DNA from: Tubulanus polymorphus | Lineage: Eukaryota > Animalia > Nemertea | Direction: 5' to 3' | Length of the DNA: 64,000 bases | NCBI RefSeq assembly: GCF_964204645.1 | Contig: NC_134029.1 | Location: 4,030,001-4,094,000 of the forward strand | In this document: positions 38,811 to 51,984 of the stretch, piece by piece | Numbering within the stretch: the first letter of the stretch is position 1 | Layout: each line of letters opens with the position of its first letter | Position numbers and translations under genes: made by a program | The notes under the pieces: generated by a model | What the model was told of the DNA's origin: nothing | The model's database searches: none | The model's input: the letters and a program-made list of their open reading frames with translations, nothing else

Positions 38811-41800
38811 ATGACATACGCGTTGATATTATTTTTAGGACGAATCGTGAGAGAGCGTAATGCAATTGCATTCGAACACGTCAGGTATTATTTTATAATT
38901 CTATACGGAACAATAACCGAACACTTGAGAACATCACAAGTCATATCGACGCTTCAATCAAATCGTTTTATTTACGCCTGAAATCGCTTTATTTACGGTT
39001 TGACGTTTGAAAAAGACACCACGCCTCGTGGGGAATATCTGTGACTTCATACATCTATGAATAGACGCATTATTCTAAATTTACAGATCTAATATATCTT
39101 CAATCGTGATCTTGTTTACTCTCTTTAGTATGGGACCTACACGGCCTCCAGTAACTTGAAAACATTCTATGACAATCATAAGCCTAAAGATTTCGAACCC
39201 AAATCCTTTACCAAGCACACTAAATAATTTGATACGCGCTAATATCTGGTACGGGCAAAACTGGTACGGGCAAACTTTGGGAAAGCATTTATTTTCACCG
39301 TAGAAATCTATAATTTATCAATTACAGCAGATCGCAGCCTCATCAGTGCGAATATCACCTTGTACCATCACGCACATAATAGCTTAATAAACGATAACAT
39401 CGATAAATCCTCCGTAATGATATATCATGCATTGTTTTTGCTTTTTCTTTTCAACTGTCATTTACGTTTTGCGGTCCTTTGTAACTACGACTCTGTTTGT
39501 CACGACTGTTGGTGCGTACGCTGATCGATGCATTCATGTATATGTATCTCTCTATGCCTTGAAGGCGGATCTTATTGTTTGATAATCGCCGTATAGTATT
39601 ATGCGACACATCTTATAAATCTCGCAGGCGACAGGGGGTAGCGGCGGGCACCGACTCGTAATTCAATACCCAACCGATATTACACTCATCAACGTGCTGC
39701 GTACTTTCAATTAAAGCTACAGCGATCGCTCCCTCGTCATGAAGCAATAGACTATACTTCCTCTCGTCACAAGAAAGTATTGAGAGACATTTATATACAG
39801 TGTCCGCATCCAGTGACTGGCTTCAGTCCAAAATTAAACTTGAATAAGATGTGACGATGTTGAGACTGTTTGTATAGTTCGACACGTGGAACCGGTCCAC
39901 CGCGACCCGTGGTCGAAATTCGTTTTCAATACCGAGTTGTTTCGTTACGCCGTCAGCGAGATAAACCATGTTGCCGATGTTCACTACAAGTCATCATAAA
40001 TAACGTAATCAATTAAGACGATATGATTTTCATTCTAAACGAATTACACATAAACGAGCGCTGAAACCATTTTAATTAAACATTCATTATTTGATAAATT
40101 GTTGAATGTTAACGATTTTACTATTAGTAGATACGAGGAAGGGACGTTGACCGTATGGCTAAAGACAACGGGTGTCAATAACTATTGTTCTGCATAGATA
40201 ACCTCCATACGATGTTGACAATAGGAAAATCTGTCGTGTTGCAGTGGATAATGCTTTAATTATCGGGATTGTGAATGATAACGGGGAGTCTAAAAGATCT
40301 TTCGGTCAATGCGGTCCGCGTGCGTTCAAATCGAAGCAGGTGCGACCCTTCGAATTCCGGCGTCAAAACAGGTGTCGCGCTGGCTCGTGCTTACGTGTGG
40401 AGCTAAATCACGAATAACATCTTTGCCAGAAGTCACGAAAACCTAGCTAGAAAATATCACGAAAGCTCTACGAAATTTATCTGACTTTTTAGTTGTCACA
40501 TACTCACTACCGTAAATGCTTGTCGTCTTTCTCTACATATGAATGATACGCACGTAAAGTATATTAGATTATGTAAATACGTTTTTCCCATGAATATGAA
40601 ATTTTGTATTTTTTCTTCTTTTTTCTTATTGCGTATCGAAATAATGTAGCCTATAACAATATAGTCAATAATAATATAGGCCTACAAAACTCTACAAATA
40701 TAGTGAATATATCGAAGTTTTTAACGATACCACCAACCCATGATTTCCTATAGTTCAGGGTATATGCTCAGATATTTCCAAACAAAAATATGAAATTCAT
40801 CTCGACCAACGTATGACCGATTCGAAACAAAGGCGTTTGTTTATACAATTTGTTCCGATAGATTTATCGGATTTCACCATGAAAGTATATCTATCTAAAA
40901 GATCGATGAGACGAAATTGAATCAAGGGAGTAACGCCCCGGGCTGTATTAGTGCATTTATAACGCCCAATTATAAAACATTCTCTCGCTTCACAGGGACG
41001 CGGAGAAAACCGAGAGAGCCGCCGTCAATGCCCGAAGAGAGTACTGATCGCGAATGATAACTGCAAACTCTTCTTTAAAAGATGACATTGACACGTGGCA
41101 ATATATCATACATAGATTCTATCACTCGCCTGAAAGGGCCACTGTCACAAATTAGTTCCACGCGTGTGATTTTTTCTCAGTTTCGATTTTAACATTTATA
41201 AATGCTCACATTTCACTCGCGGCGATGACATTTCACGAAAAATTTTACACGAGCAATTGTGTCATTCAAAAAGTTACAGCGACAGTAGTTAAAACGAGTT
41301 GACCTTAAAGTAATATGGATTAAAGATATATCGGAAATTAACTGATTATTACTCAAGAAAGAGAAGAATTGACCCGACAGCAGGGGTCTTGGCATTTTCT
41401 ATACATAGACGAAAATAAATATTTCCGAAGTATCCCACATAGGCATTAGAAATATCTCTAAACCAACCAACAAAACATCATATACCGAAGAAAATAGCGA
41501 TATTATTATGCGCCAGAGATCTTCGCAGCTGAGCTCAATCGCGGTATTTATATAGATAAATTTGATTCCCCGTAGAAACGGTTATGCAATCTGGTCGCTA
41601 CTACTGTCGTTTAGATGACTGAGCTTTATCACATAAGTTAAAAAAACGCAACTGCGTTTGGTAAGAGATCACCATTCAAAGGGGATATACCCCAGTGATG
41701 GCTCTATTTTTGGTGAATTATATAGCTTTATAGTCAAGTTATTGCGATATTTGCTGTAATAAGGTATATTTTGAACTATGAAAATCTGAGTTCTCAGGTA

Positions 41801-42924
41801 GTGAAAAAGAAGCCTTTATCAAGATGGCGGCTATTAGCTCTACTTTTTTCCCCGTATTTCCATCGATTGATAACCTCTCTGATGCTCACCTTGCGGTATG
41901 TTAAACGCTTATCCACACGGCAATGTATTTCGTGCATATTCCAGAGAAAAAATCTGTCAAAAATGGTGCGTTTTTGTCGGGTGAAAGACACAACTCGTCC
42001 GGGTGGTTATACTACTGTTTCTGCACGTGAATACATCGCCCTGTAGTAGCGATTATTTATATAAATGGCGAACGCATTAAGGTAACCATGGCTTGCAAAC
42101 TAGTGTAATAAAATCTACTTTCTAGCGTCTAAATTTTATTTATCTTAATGAATGAGCCGGCTAGAGGTATTGATGTGGAGACGCTGATTTGGTCGGCGGT
42201 TGGCGGCGGGCGATTCTGACACAGACTACATCAGTGACTTGCTCGCCAATCGGTCGATATAAGGCGGAGCTAGGCGACATATTCTTTGAATTCAGCAACC
42301 AAGCATCATCCGTATCACTCCATCATTCGTAATCTACCGACTGAAATCAATAGATGAAGATTAATGAAATGCAACCGTATAAATTGAAGTGAACTAGCCC
42401 ACTTATCATTTATCATAAACCGTACGCATTTAAACGTTTTAAATATACTCATATTTGTGATACCCCTACATTCATATATAAAACATCATTATCGTCATCA
42501 TTTTTCAAAAGTAAGACAAATATTATTCATTTCTAATTAAATGGCGCACCTTTCACTTCATGATTTCATGTGATAATTAACATGTGGGAAAATTTCATAA
42601 TCTCATAGATCACCATGGTAAAGCCAAAACATTTTGTGAATAGTTCTTATGTACCTTTAAACTATCAAAACAGGGTACTTCTCAGTTTCCAGTGGGGAAT
42701 AGGAATTGACTATCTATTCTTTTCGATATTTTGGCTACTCAGAATATCGGGAACAAATTGTGTTATTGTCGAAAGTTCGACCGGATTATGTGTACCCAGT
42801 ACTGTATTCAAAAGACGCGAATTTCTAGATTTTCTCGACGGTCTCTGAGTAAAACGTGGCAGCAACCTTATGAATATTAATGAACTTGTGTAAAGCGCGC
42901 GCGAAATCGTCTGCTACAGAAATT

Positions 42925-43092
42925 CGCGCCAATAAATTGCAATTATGGCTTCCGAGGTGTGAGATGTAGCAATGCGATTGGTCAATTAAGAAGTCGACAG
43001 TTTCTCCCTATCACTGCTAAAAGCCTTGCTCTTATGTTACCAAGTCAGACCGCGGTATAAACGGCCCCAAAATAGCTCAAATTTCTCATTTC
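42925..43092 (+). promoter_or_regulatory. Candidate otp proximal promoter
   Basis: CCAAT at 42929, ATTGG at 42977, TATAAA at 43056-43061, initiator-like TCATTT at 43086 about 30 nt downstream, ATG at 43103. Confidence 0.55.
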
Positions 43093-43102
43093 TTATTTTG
43101 GA

Positions 43103-46100
43103 ATGGAAAATACCGGTTCAAGTCTGCATATGAACTCAAAAGATTCGATGATGATGGATTTTCGTGCGACGCATGGTAAGTTTATCTCGGCTTCGGGTTG
43201 TGATACTATCTTGGCCTATGTCTTCGGTAACAAGCAGGGCGCAAATAGAATAATTTTCTTCTCAGCGCTTCTATTACCGGGTGCACTGACGATAGGCTAG
43301 CTTGTGATTTAATTTACTAACTCTGAATTAAATAACCGCAAAGCAATTCGAAACTCATTTGCGGCAAACACCAGCGATAAGCAAGTAGTTTTTCCAGCTT
43401 TCGCTCAAGACACCGCAGAATATTTCTGACGAATACTCTTTCAATATTTACTCTATGATTTTGAAACTTAAAAGTTTATATATAATTGAAAGTAAATGAT
43501 TAATTGTCAGATCAAAGAAATTCGATTTTATTGCCTAATTATTGTAAAATATTTCTAGTACATCACGTATATTTATCTTGATAAATTCTATTTCAAAATA
43601 ATCATTTTTACCGAATGGATTTATTCATCTCATGAGTTTTATATTGAAGTAAAAACATTATGCATTTCTAAGTTTTCATTCTGATATTGGTGAAACGAAA
43701 TGACATTACGTTTCGCTTGAGTTGGTTACCAATACCTGAACAGCGTGTAAACCATTTTCTCAGTAAACATAATTAATTCGATGATCATAATGTTTAGCGC
43801 AAGTAATCAAACATAAATGAACGAGTTTATTTCGGATGAAATTAATACATCGGGCGTCAAAAACTAGCAAATTTTCTTGAATTCAGCGAACTGCGGGCGA
43901 CAAGCTTAGTGTTTAAGGTGTCGTAAACGGGCCTATATGGATCGTTAAAGCTTAATCTTACAATTTAAACAAATCTCTATGGTATAATCAATGCCTATAC
44001 TGATTCTGGCATTGTTTAGAAATTTACAAGGGGCTAAATTTTGTGTACGGCTCGCCGGGGGATGCGCGGTAGGTTTCAACCGAATTTCTTCAATAGGTTG
44101 CCGAGTACAATAACCCGCGCACGCACCTCGCACGCGCCGATTCGCATTTCTGCGATGTGTTAATGAAAGGATACTAAACACAGTAACAATAGACCCAACC
44201 TACCCGGGCTCGTATCGGGTATAAATTGTCAAGTTGTAGAACTGATTTGATCAGTAGTCATGCCGATGTCTCCGCATCTAAACATCTCCACCGAGCACGA
44301 GGCGCTCGCGGTTTCGCACAAGTTTCCGCTTTATTCCGAGGAGGTTAAATACAAACCGTTCGATTTTTCACGTAAGCGATAGTTATTTTATCATTAATGT
44401 CTTTAATCGTAATTTCATTATTTTGTTCAGGTTATTTTGAAGTAAAGCGAGGGCATCGTGTACATTTTAAATAGGTTTTTTGCTTATTCTGAATTTCCAG
44501 CACGGATTAGTAATCTATTAATCTAACTGATTAGTTATTTTTCAATTTTCGTTAATGCCCCATTATAGGTTGTATATTTACTGATCGTTGCTATTTGTCA
44601 ATAGGACATATTTTTTAAACGTCAATATAACGGCATTCAGATTTTGCTATCCATTTATTGTATTTCATCGATTTGTTATTTGCAATCTAATATTCTCGAT
44701 CCAGTTTTATTCGTATCTATACGTGCGAAATTAAATTGAATCAAAATATTTCCATTTGAATAATATAAATTTTAATATGTCGTATCTTCTGTATTTCTAG
44801 GTATGAAAGATCTTGGTGGCGGAGGTCACGGGATGATTCCTAAAGAGAACGGTCTGCTGCCAGGTGGATCAGACAATAACACGATTTTAACTCACAGTAA
44901 CAATAACACCGACGAAAACAACGACTCAGACAAACCGGCTAAACAAAAGCGGCATCGAACCCGGTTCACCCCGGCGCAACTGAACGAACTAGAACGCAGT
45001 TTCGCCAAGACGCATTATCCCGACATTTTTATGCGAGAAGAGATGGCCATGAGGATCGGTCTAACCGAATCTAGAGTGCAGGTAGGAATCATTAAATATC
45101 GCATTAACTTCCAACTTTCTCCCGGGTTTCTCCCGTTATTGAGGTATCCAGGCTCCAGGCTCGATGGTGTCATTTTTCTATGTTGATGTATCTAACACTT
45201 AATACATAATTATCATTCTTTCAAGAATAATGTAACCATTCATTCGATGAACTCTTACAGATTCAGAAATATAGAAATATGTTCGATATTTATATTTTTT
45301 TATCTATGAATTCTTAACATCATTAGTTGTATTTTCGCATGAAATAGATGAATACGTAATTCAATTTATCTTAAGAACAAAAATATAGGTTAAAATAGAC
45401 TTTAGAAAATAAATTGTTCTGAAATCTTATTAGATTTGAATGATACATCCAACACGTCAAATCCATATTGTATTTTGCTACGGGGTGTGGTGCAACAAAT
45501 TACAGCGTACTTTAAATTCTACGCAGTTTTGTATTATGATATCACACAAAGAAGTTGACAAACAAAAGATCGTCGTAAATTTCAGAAAAGATGACTTAAT
45601 GTTTCCAATTCCAAATTTATTTACGTTTGAACAAAATGATTATGAATCTATAATGATATATGCCACTGTGAAATTAGGAAATTTCGATTCGTTCGTATCC
45701 AAATTCTTAATAAGATCACGACTCTAGATTAAACAAACTTAAAGATACATTTTACGGAGTTTTAATAGGTTTTTGCCACGCTCTTGAAATTCTAGAAATT
45801 ACAACGAAGACTGGAGTTCTGAGGTCTCTACAATTAATTTTCTCGTTATCATACGCCATGTTGAATCATGCCATTAAAAGTCATCAATCTAGAAAATTCA
45901 GAAAACAGCTTACTTTGATCTGTCAAAACGAATTACCACTGCATTATGTAAATTCATATATATATATATATATATTCATATTGTCATCCTTACAGAGCGT
46001 ATACATTTCGTCCGTATATCCATTATACGAAAACGAGTATATACATTATTTCTCAATCGTAATTCTCATAGCGTTTAAATAGATCGCCAAATTGACTAAA

Positions 46101-49100
46101 TTGGAGGATAATAGTATAATAGTTTTGCCTCGGGATATTGCCGGATAGCTTTTGCGATGGAAACGCGGGAGCGTATTTCATAAATTAGCGGATAATTTAT
46201 GTCCATTAAGCCTACGGACGGGTTTATGCTTTTTTTAAATGAGCACATAGCTTTCACCGGTATTCGATGAAACCCTATACGTCGCCTTTGTTTAGTTGTA
46301 TTTCTTTCACTGCCGACTTCGATATTTTCGACGGTTTCATTCTATTGTCGCGATAAACCAGTGCACGTGTGCGCATCACCACGCTACATACATATGTATA
46401 TATATAAATATGTGAAAGAAAAAAATCGCTTTGTGATGAAATGTTACAGTCAGCCGCGATATAATGAATTTAGTTGCGTTTTCAACTCGAATCTGAAAAA
46501 AAATCATTCAAGCCTGAACGAGAATAACATCATTTGGTGTAAATCGTGGCAGGCGTGAATCAAATTTGGTATTTGGAAAATATCTATTTGAATATTTATT
46601 TGTCGGTGATACGACAATATTCACGCATTTAGTAGAAATTGTGCATCTGTCTAATTTTTGGCCGTTGTGCGGAAATAAAGCGATGAGATGACAGCTTTGC
46701 GACACAAATTATACCTAGAGCGGGTCATAAAACGGTTAGGAAAAATCAGCAACCGTCTGTAATTAAGCGAAACGCCATTAGAAACCACTCACATAGTCAG
46801 CCGCAAACACCTTCATCCGTATAATTAGTAGACAAAATGTTTTCATGTCGGCATTAAATATTTATAATATTCGGTCGTATTTATGGAGTATCGGTGATGA
46901 TTAATCAAGATTTTACGATCTCGCCTGGTGTGACTGGGCTACTAATGACCATTGCTGTCCATTCCCCACGATGGACATTGGCTATTTAACCCGTTGTAAT
47001 GGTCAGTGCTACCATCATCCCTCGGTGGCCATAATTATCGAGTAACACCCGGTAATGAATCGCCAATACGGTACCGTAATTCCTCAAATGAAATCCCACT
47101 CGTGTATTGGTCATATAGACGATTTGTCTGATTTGATCTAATGTTAATCTAAGCAAATCTAAGCAAAGAATTTTTCTTCTAAGTTTCTAATTCTAGATCT
47201 TAAAATACAATTTCTTCATCAAAACATATCCAAAATTCTATCTATTCAATTTGTTCCTCCTCTCTAGCACATCAGTTTAAAGTGAAATTATTGATTGCAC
47301 TTCAAGCGTGTGGATTATGATTCTAAAGCGATGTCTTCATTTGCACAGTATCACAATGACTCGTTATAGGAATCTATGAAACGTAGAATAATTGTAAACT
47401 TGTGCGATGTGGACATTATGACATCAATGAACGAAATGTTTTGGTCAAGAATCAAACCGTTAATATTAATTCTGCATTGACAAAGAGGTGTCACGTTTGG
47501 ATGTCGAAAACGTAAGGCGTAGAACGCGTGTCATCCATTGTTGTTCGACGGAACGTTACCACGCGTTAATGGACAGATCTCTGTTGCAAATAGCCCATTT
47601 TCTCACTTCTATTCGGAGTTGATGTACGGTGATTCTCTGTGGAATCGTAATTTATATCAACCAGACAATAGCCTTCCTTCTATCGCAGTTAATTAAAGAT
47701 CTATGGTACCTTTTATCTACTCACCTATGCATAATTTACCTAACGCGCCTCTACAGGGAGCCCATACTTCGGTTTGGTATTGCTTTGGTTTGATGGATGG
47801 GGGCCTCTTTGGGATTTGCATCGCGATGCCGAATCAAGATATCAAAATGGCGCGAAATCACGCGCAAAATTTCCATCAGGCGACATTGCTTTTCCCGCCA
47901 TTTTAACTGGATTTGATTAGCTCGCGTTTACGCGGGAGCGATACTAGCCCCAGATAATTATCTATCCAGTCGGTTTGATACCACTCCAAAGATAATCAGA
48001 TTTTTCTGCCTGTGAATCCTCTCAATCAGTTCAATCTAGTTGAATTACCCTTAGTCGGTGTTATCGGTGGCCGGCTTCTGACGATAAGAGCCTTTGACGG
48101 TTAATTGCCGAGCGACTTGAGCCTACTTCGTCTTCGATAAGTGCTAATCGCAGTACAAATCATATTTTACCACAATAAGTCGGAGATAATTGCTTCTAAG
48201 TGGTCGATGACTGAGCACTCAAAAAGCGTCCCATACAGTACCGTATTTGTATTTATCCTCTTTATATCGTGGCAGATGGTTTTGATGTCTAATAATTAAT
48301 TTTTCGACCTTTATCATTATTTTATACGGTAGCATACTCTGATCAATTCTTTCATTCGTCGATACGTTCACAGAGGCGTATTTACTATTCCAGACAGTAC
48401 AATTGATCTCTTTAAACTGATAGTTTAGAATAAAACTCTTCAACGGTACTTATTAACCGATAACTTGAAGGGATTTTATTAAAGTTTAACACACCAATTT
48501 ACGTATATTCGATTACTTTTATGTCATCCCATTGAAAAAATGAAATTACTCTAAATTTATAAGATTGGTAATTTCTTGGAATAGCGTCAGTGACAAATAG
48601 CTTTTATCACTTTGTTTTTCATGTTTCGTCTCCGGAGTTCGATTTTCTTAAAAGGAATTATGTCTAAGTATGCGGGGTGTTCATGCGTTCCCGAAACTGC
48701 TTCGGGGGCCATCAATTGCCTTATATTTATCAACCCATTAGGTAATTTATTTCCTTGGCATTTTGGTGCTAGCTGAATATAGGTATCTTTGGGTGTGTCT
48801 CTGTTTTATCTTGTGAAACGTCGACGATGATGGAAATCGATTAAGATGTTCTACACCGCACCCGGACCTCAAACGATCAGTGACGACTTGTGTTCACATG
48901 CCACGTGGAGTATTTTTGAAAAAAAGGTCGTCTCCATAAAAACATATAACATGCTTCATGATGATATGATGAAAGAAATATTTACAAGAGCTATAATGAA
49001 ATAGTGGGCGATTTCTCAGAAAATGTTGTTGTCATTCATAATGAGTATCTTTATCATAACTGTTTATGAATTGAATTGAACTGAAAAAAATTATAAATTC

Positions 49101-51984
49101 ATTCTATTACCGAGAAAAGAAAAAACAGTTTTAATCTATCTAGTGATAACTTGATAAAAGATCGTCGCAAAGAGCATAGAAAAAACTCACATATCCTAGG
49201 CAAAATATGCTACTTCGATTGAAACTGACTAAATCGATTATGAATCAAATTGACATTGTTATAATGAACAGCAGTCCTAATTCAGTAACCACTAAGAAAT
49301 GAAAATGAAATTAGAAATAAAGAACGGAATTACTTAGATGATGAGAGGATGACGCAAAAACTGAAGTTTTTGTCGACTTGATATTAAATCATCAAACTGA
49401 CTTCGACTGCTCGTCGTGTGATATTCGTGATAACATCGAAACTATAAAAGGTCATCGGCGATATCGACGCGATGGCGGCAAGACTCAACGATGACACCTC
49501 GGGGATACGGCCTGACAACATCGTGCAAGCGCTCGCCATCTCCATCACACAACATCCGTATCCCCCTGATAGGAATTACTCGGCTACAGAGCTGCGCGTT
49601 CCGTCACCAGGAACCGGTTGGAATCATGTTTGCTTAATCATGCGAGCACACATGGCATGTCTACGACACTCCGTCTCGGAGTTCCTTGTTTAAAACAACA
49701 CGCCTGCGATTTTATTCCCGGCTTAAAAAAAGCGACACCGACTACATCTCTCTAGCCGCTCGGGAATTCTATTTCCGGTGAAACCAGTTCGGGGCGAATT
49801 AGATAATCAATTCAATTAAAAAAAGTATGAAAAATGGCATCGATATCGTTTGGTGGTTTGTACCAAATTGGTCTGTTGGAGCAGGAGGCGGGAGAGAACA
49901 TCAAGTGGCCACACTGTCAGAGGAGCATGCTTTAAAATCGAGCGCATGACTTAAGATTAGATTCATTACCCTCAGCCCTATTGCTTATAAGCATGATACG
50001 TTTTTAAGATATTCAAAGAATTAGTTATGTACTCAACCGTAGTGTTGTCATTCAATTATGCCAAAATCTTTGCGGTTAGTGTATTTTTCACCTACTCAGC
50101 CGGTTTAGTACTGTCAAATATAGCCGTAACCCAATATACGATCTATTAAGCCAATATCAACTATAAGCTAACAATTCACCAGATAATCCTGGCTGATAAT
50201 CGCATCCAGTGATTACACGACCTACGACCTCTGTCAACTCGCAGACTCCACAATCACTGACACATTATCTCGTTTATAGCAGTCGTTAAATCGTAATTTG
50301 TCCACGGCATTAGTCTTCATTTCGACTAGGCGAACAATAGAACGTCACCTCGAGAAGTTTGATGACAAGATAAAGCTGAACATTGCTGCTAGAAAAACAA
50401 CTCTATCGTCGCCCATCTATTATACAATTAAGATTTCGGGATAAACGATTTTATCTGCGGTAAATTGGTATTTGCAGTCTGATCATTAATTAGCGCGAGA
50501 CGTAGCTTCGTCGTTTCTATTTTCATATTTTCCCGCACGCACACAGCTTACTACAGACGCTGTAACAGATCGGCTAACTTTTAAGAGAACAATCTCATCA
50601 TTTATTTCATTTTGAAGTGCTTTGTTTATACAATAGATTAGCGTCGCCTTCACATATTAGTTTTTGGGCGAAATTATTTATCAATCAAAGCGATAGGTGA
50701 ACGAACGTTTAAATGATGCATTGTCACGTTTGGCACGTATTCGGCGGGTTCCAACACCGCGTAAACCCGCCTGCACAAATGATAACCATGAATAATTTCG
50801 ACTCAACCATTAGAAATCGTATCCGCCATTCAATAAAAGCGTCTTATTCTTATACAAAGTCAGTGTTTGCTAAAGCTCAAAATCCTTCCTGTTAACCATC
50901 GACGGCGTCTCATCTCCGCTTTTTTCGCCATGTATCAAAACACAAAAGCTTGCCGGTGAAAAATAACTTAATTTGAATCCGTAATGATATTACAAGTTGG
51001 AGGCAGTTTATTTACTTAATTTACTAGATACACGCGGGTCTAGTGACTGGAAAGGCGATGCGATGGTAACTCGCCAAACAGCGTGGAAATCATCCAACAT
51101 CGGTCCATCTCACAGCGGATTTCCGCCCGATTTTGTCATGCAATTTAACAATTAGGGATGTCATAGTCAGAGCCAAGCAGAAGGAAAACGTCAGTGACAG
51201 GGAATATTTAACTAGGCAAGGGGATTATCAGTGAGTCAAACTGACTATCTCGCTGAAAGCAAAGGTTGTGCCGTTTCAATAAAAAGCGCCAAAAAGGGTT
51301 TTTAGGAAATGCGAAAAGCAATTAAGCGACAGCTCTATTTTCGTCCATTCTCGATTTGATATTAGAACATGTTTTTTCAATCACCTGACTTTTCTTCTAG
51401 GTGTTTTGACTCTTTTCGTTCTCTTGTCTAACGCTATGTTCGAATTTGATATTTTGCAGGTCTGGTTCCAGAATCGACGAGCAAAATGGAAGAAACGCAA
51501 GAAGACAACGAACGTATTTCGCACACCCGGCGCACTACTTCCTTCTCATGGACTGTCACCGTTCGCTATGAACGAGACGTTCTGCGGGTTCAATCCCGGC
51601 GATTCTCGCTGGACCGGAATGGGACCAATGTCGCAGATGCCCGGTGGAGGCCCGCTAGCTTTGCCTCCGACGTTACCTCGTCAGGGAATTGGACAATCTC
51701 TATCGTCGTCAATGGGCATGGCAGGAATAGGTTCGCCATCTGCAGTCAGCCTGCACAATAATACACTAGCTTCCTCTAATAACGGAACCATGTACTCGTC
51801 GCCATATTGCGTGACGACTACCACGTGTCCATCACCACTCTCCAATCAGACGTCTTCATCGTCGGTGACGTCGCAGATGACGTGCAACATGCAGGATTTA
51901 GGGGAAACTTGGCGGGGTACAAGCATTGCTTCTTTACGGCGCAAAGCACTGGAACATTCAGCTACTGTCACCGGGTTTCGATAG
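43103..51984 (+). CDS. otp: Orthopedia, PRD-class homeobox transcription factor; 3 exons join(43103..43175,44801..45081,51460..51984), 292 aa
   Basis: [48 protein letters not shown]|[14 protein letters not shown] followed by the Otp-diagnostic [18 protein letters not shown]; [19 protein letters not shown] at 51910-51957. Exon 1 is assigned by an in-frame phase-1 splice (G|GT, donor GTAAGT) and the upstream TATA box, and is less certain than exons 2-3. Confidence 0.95.
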
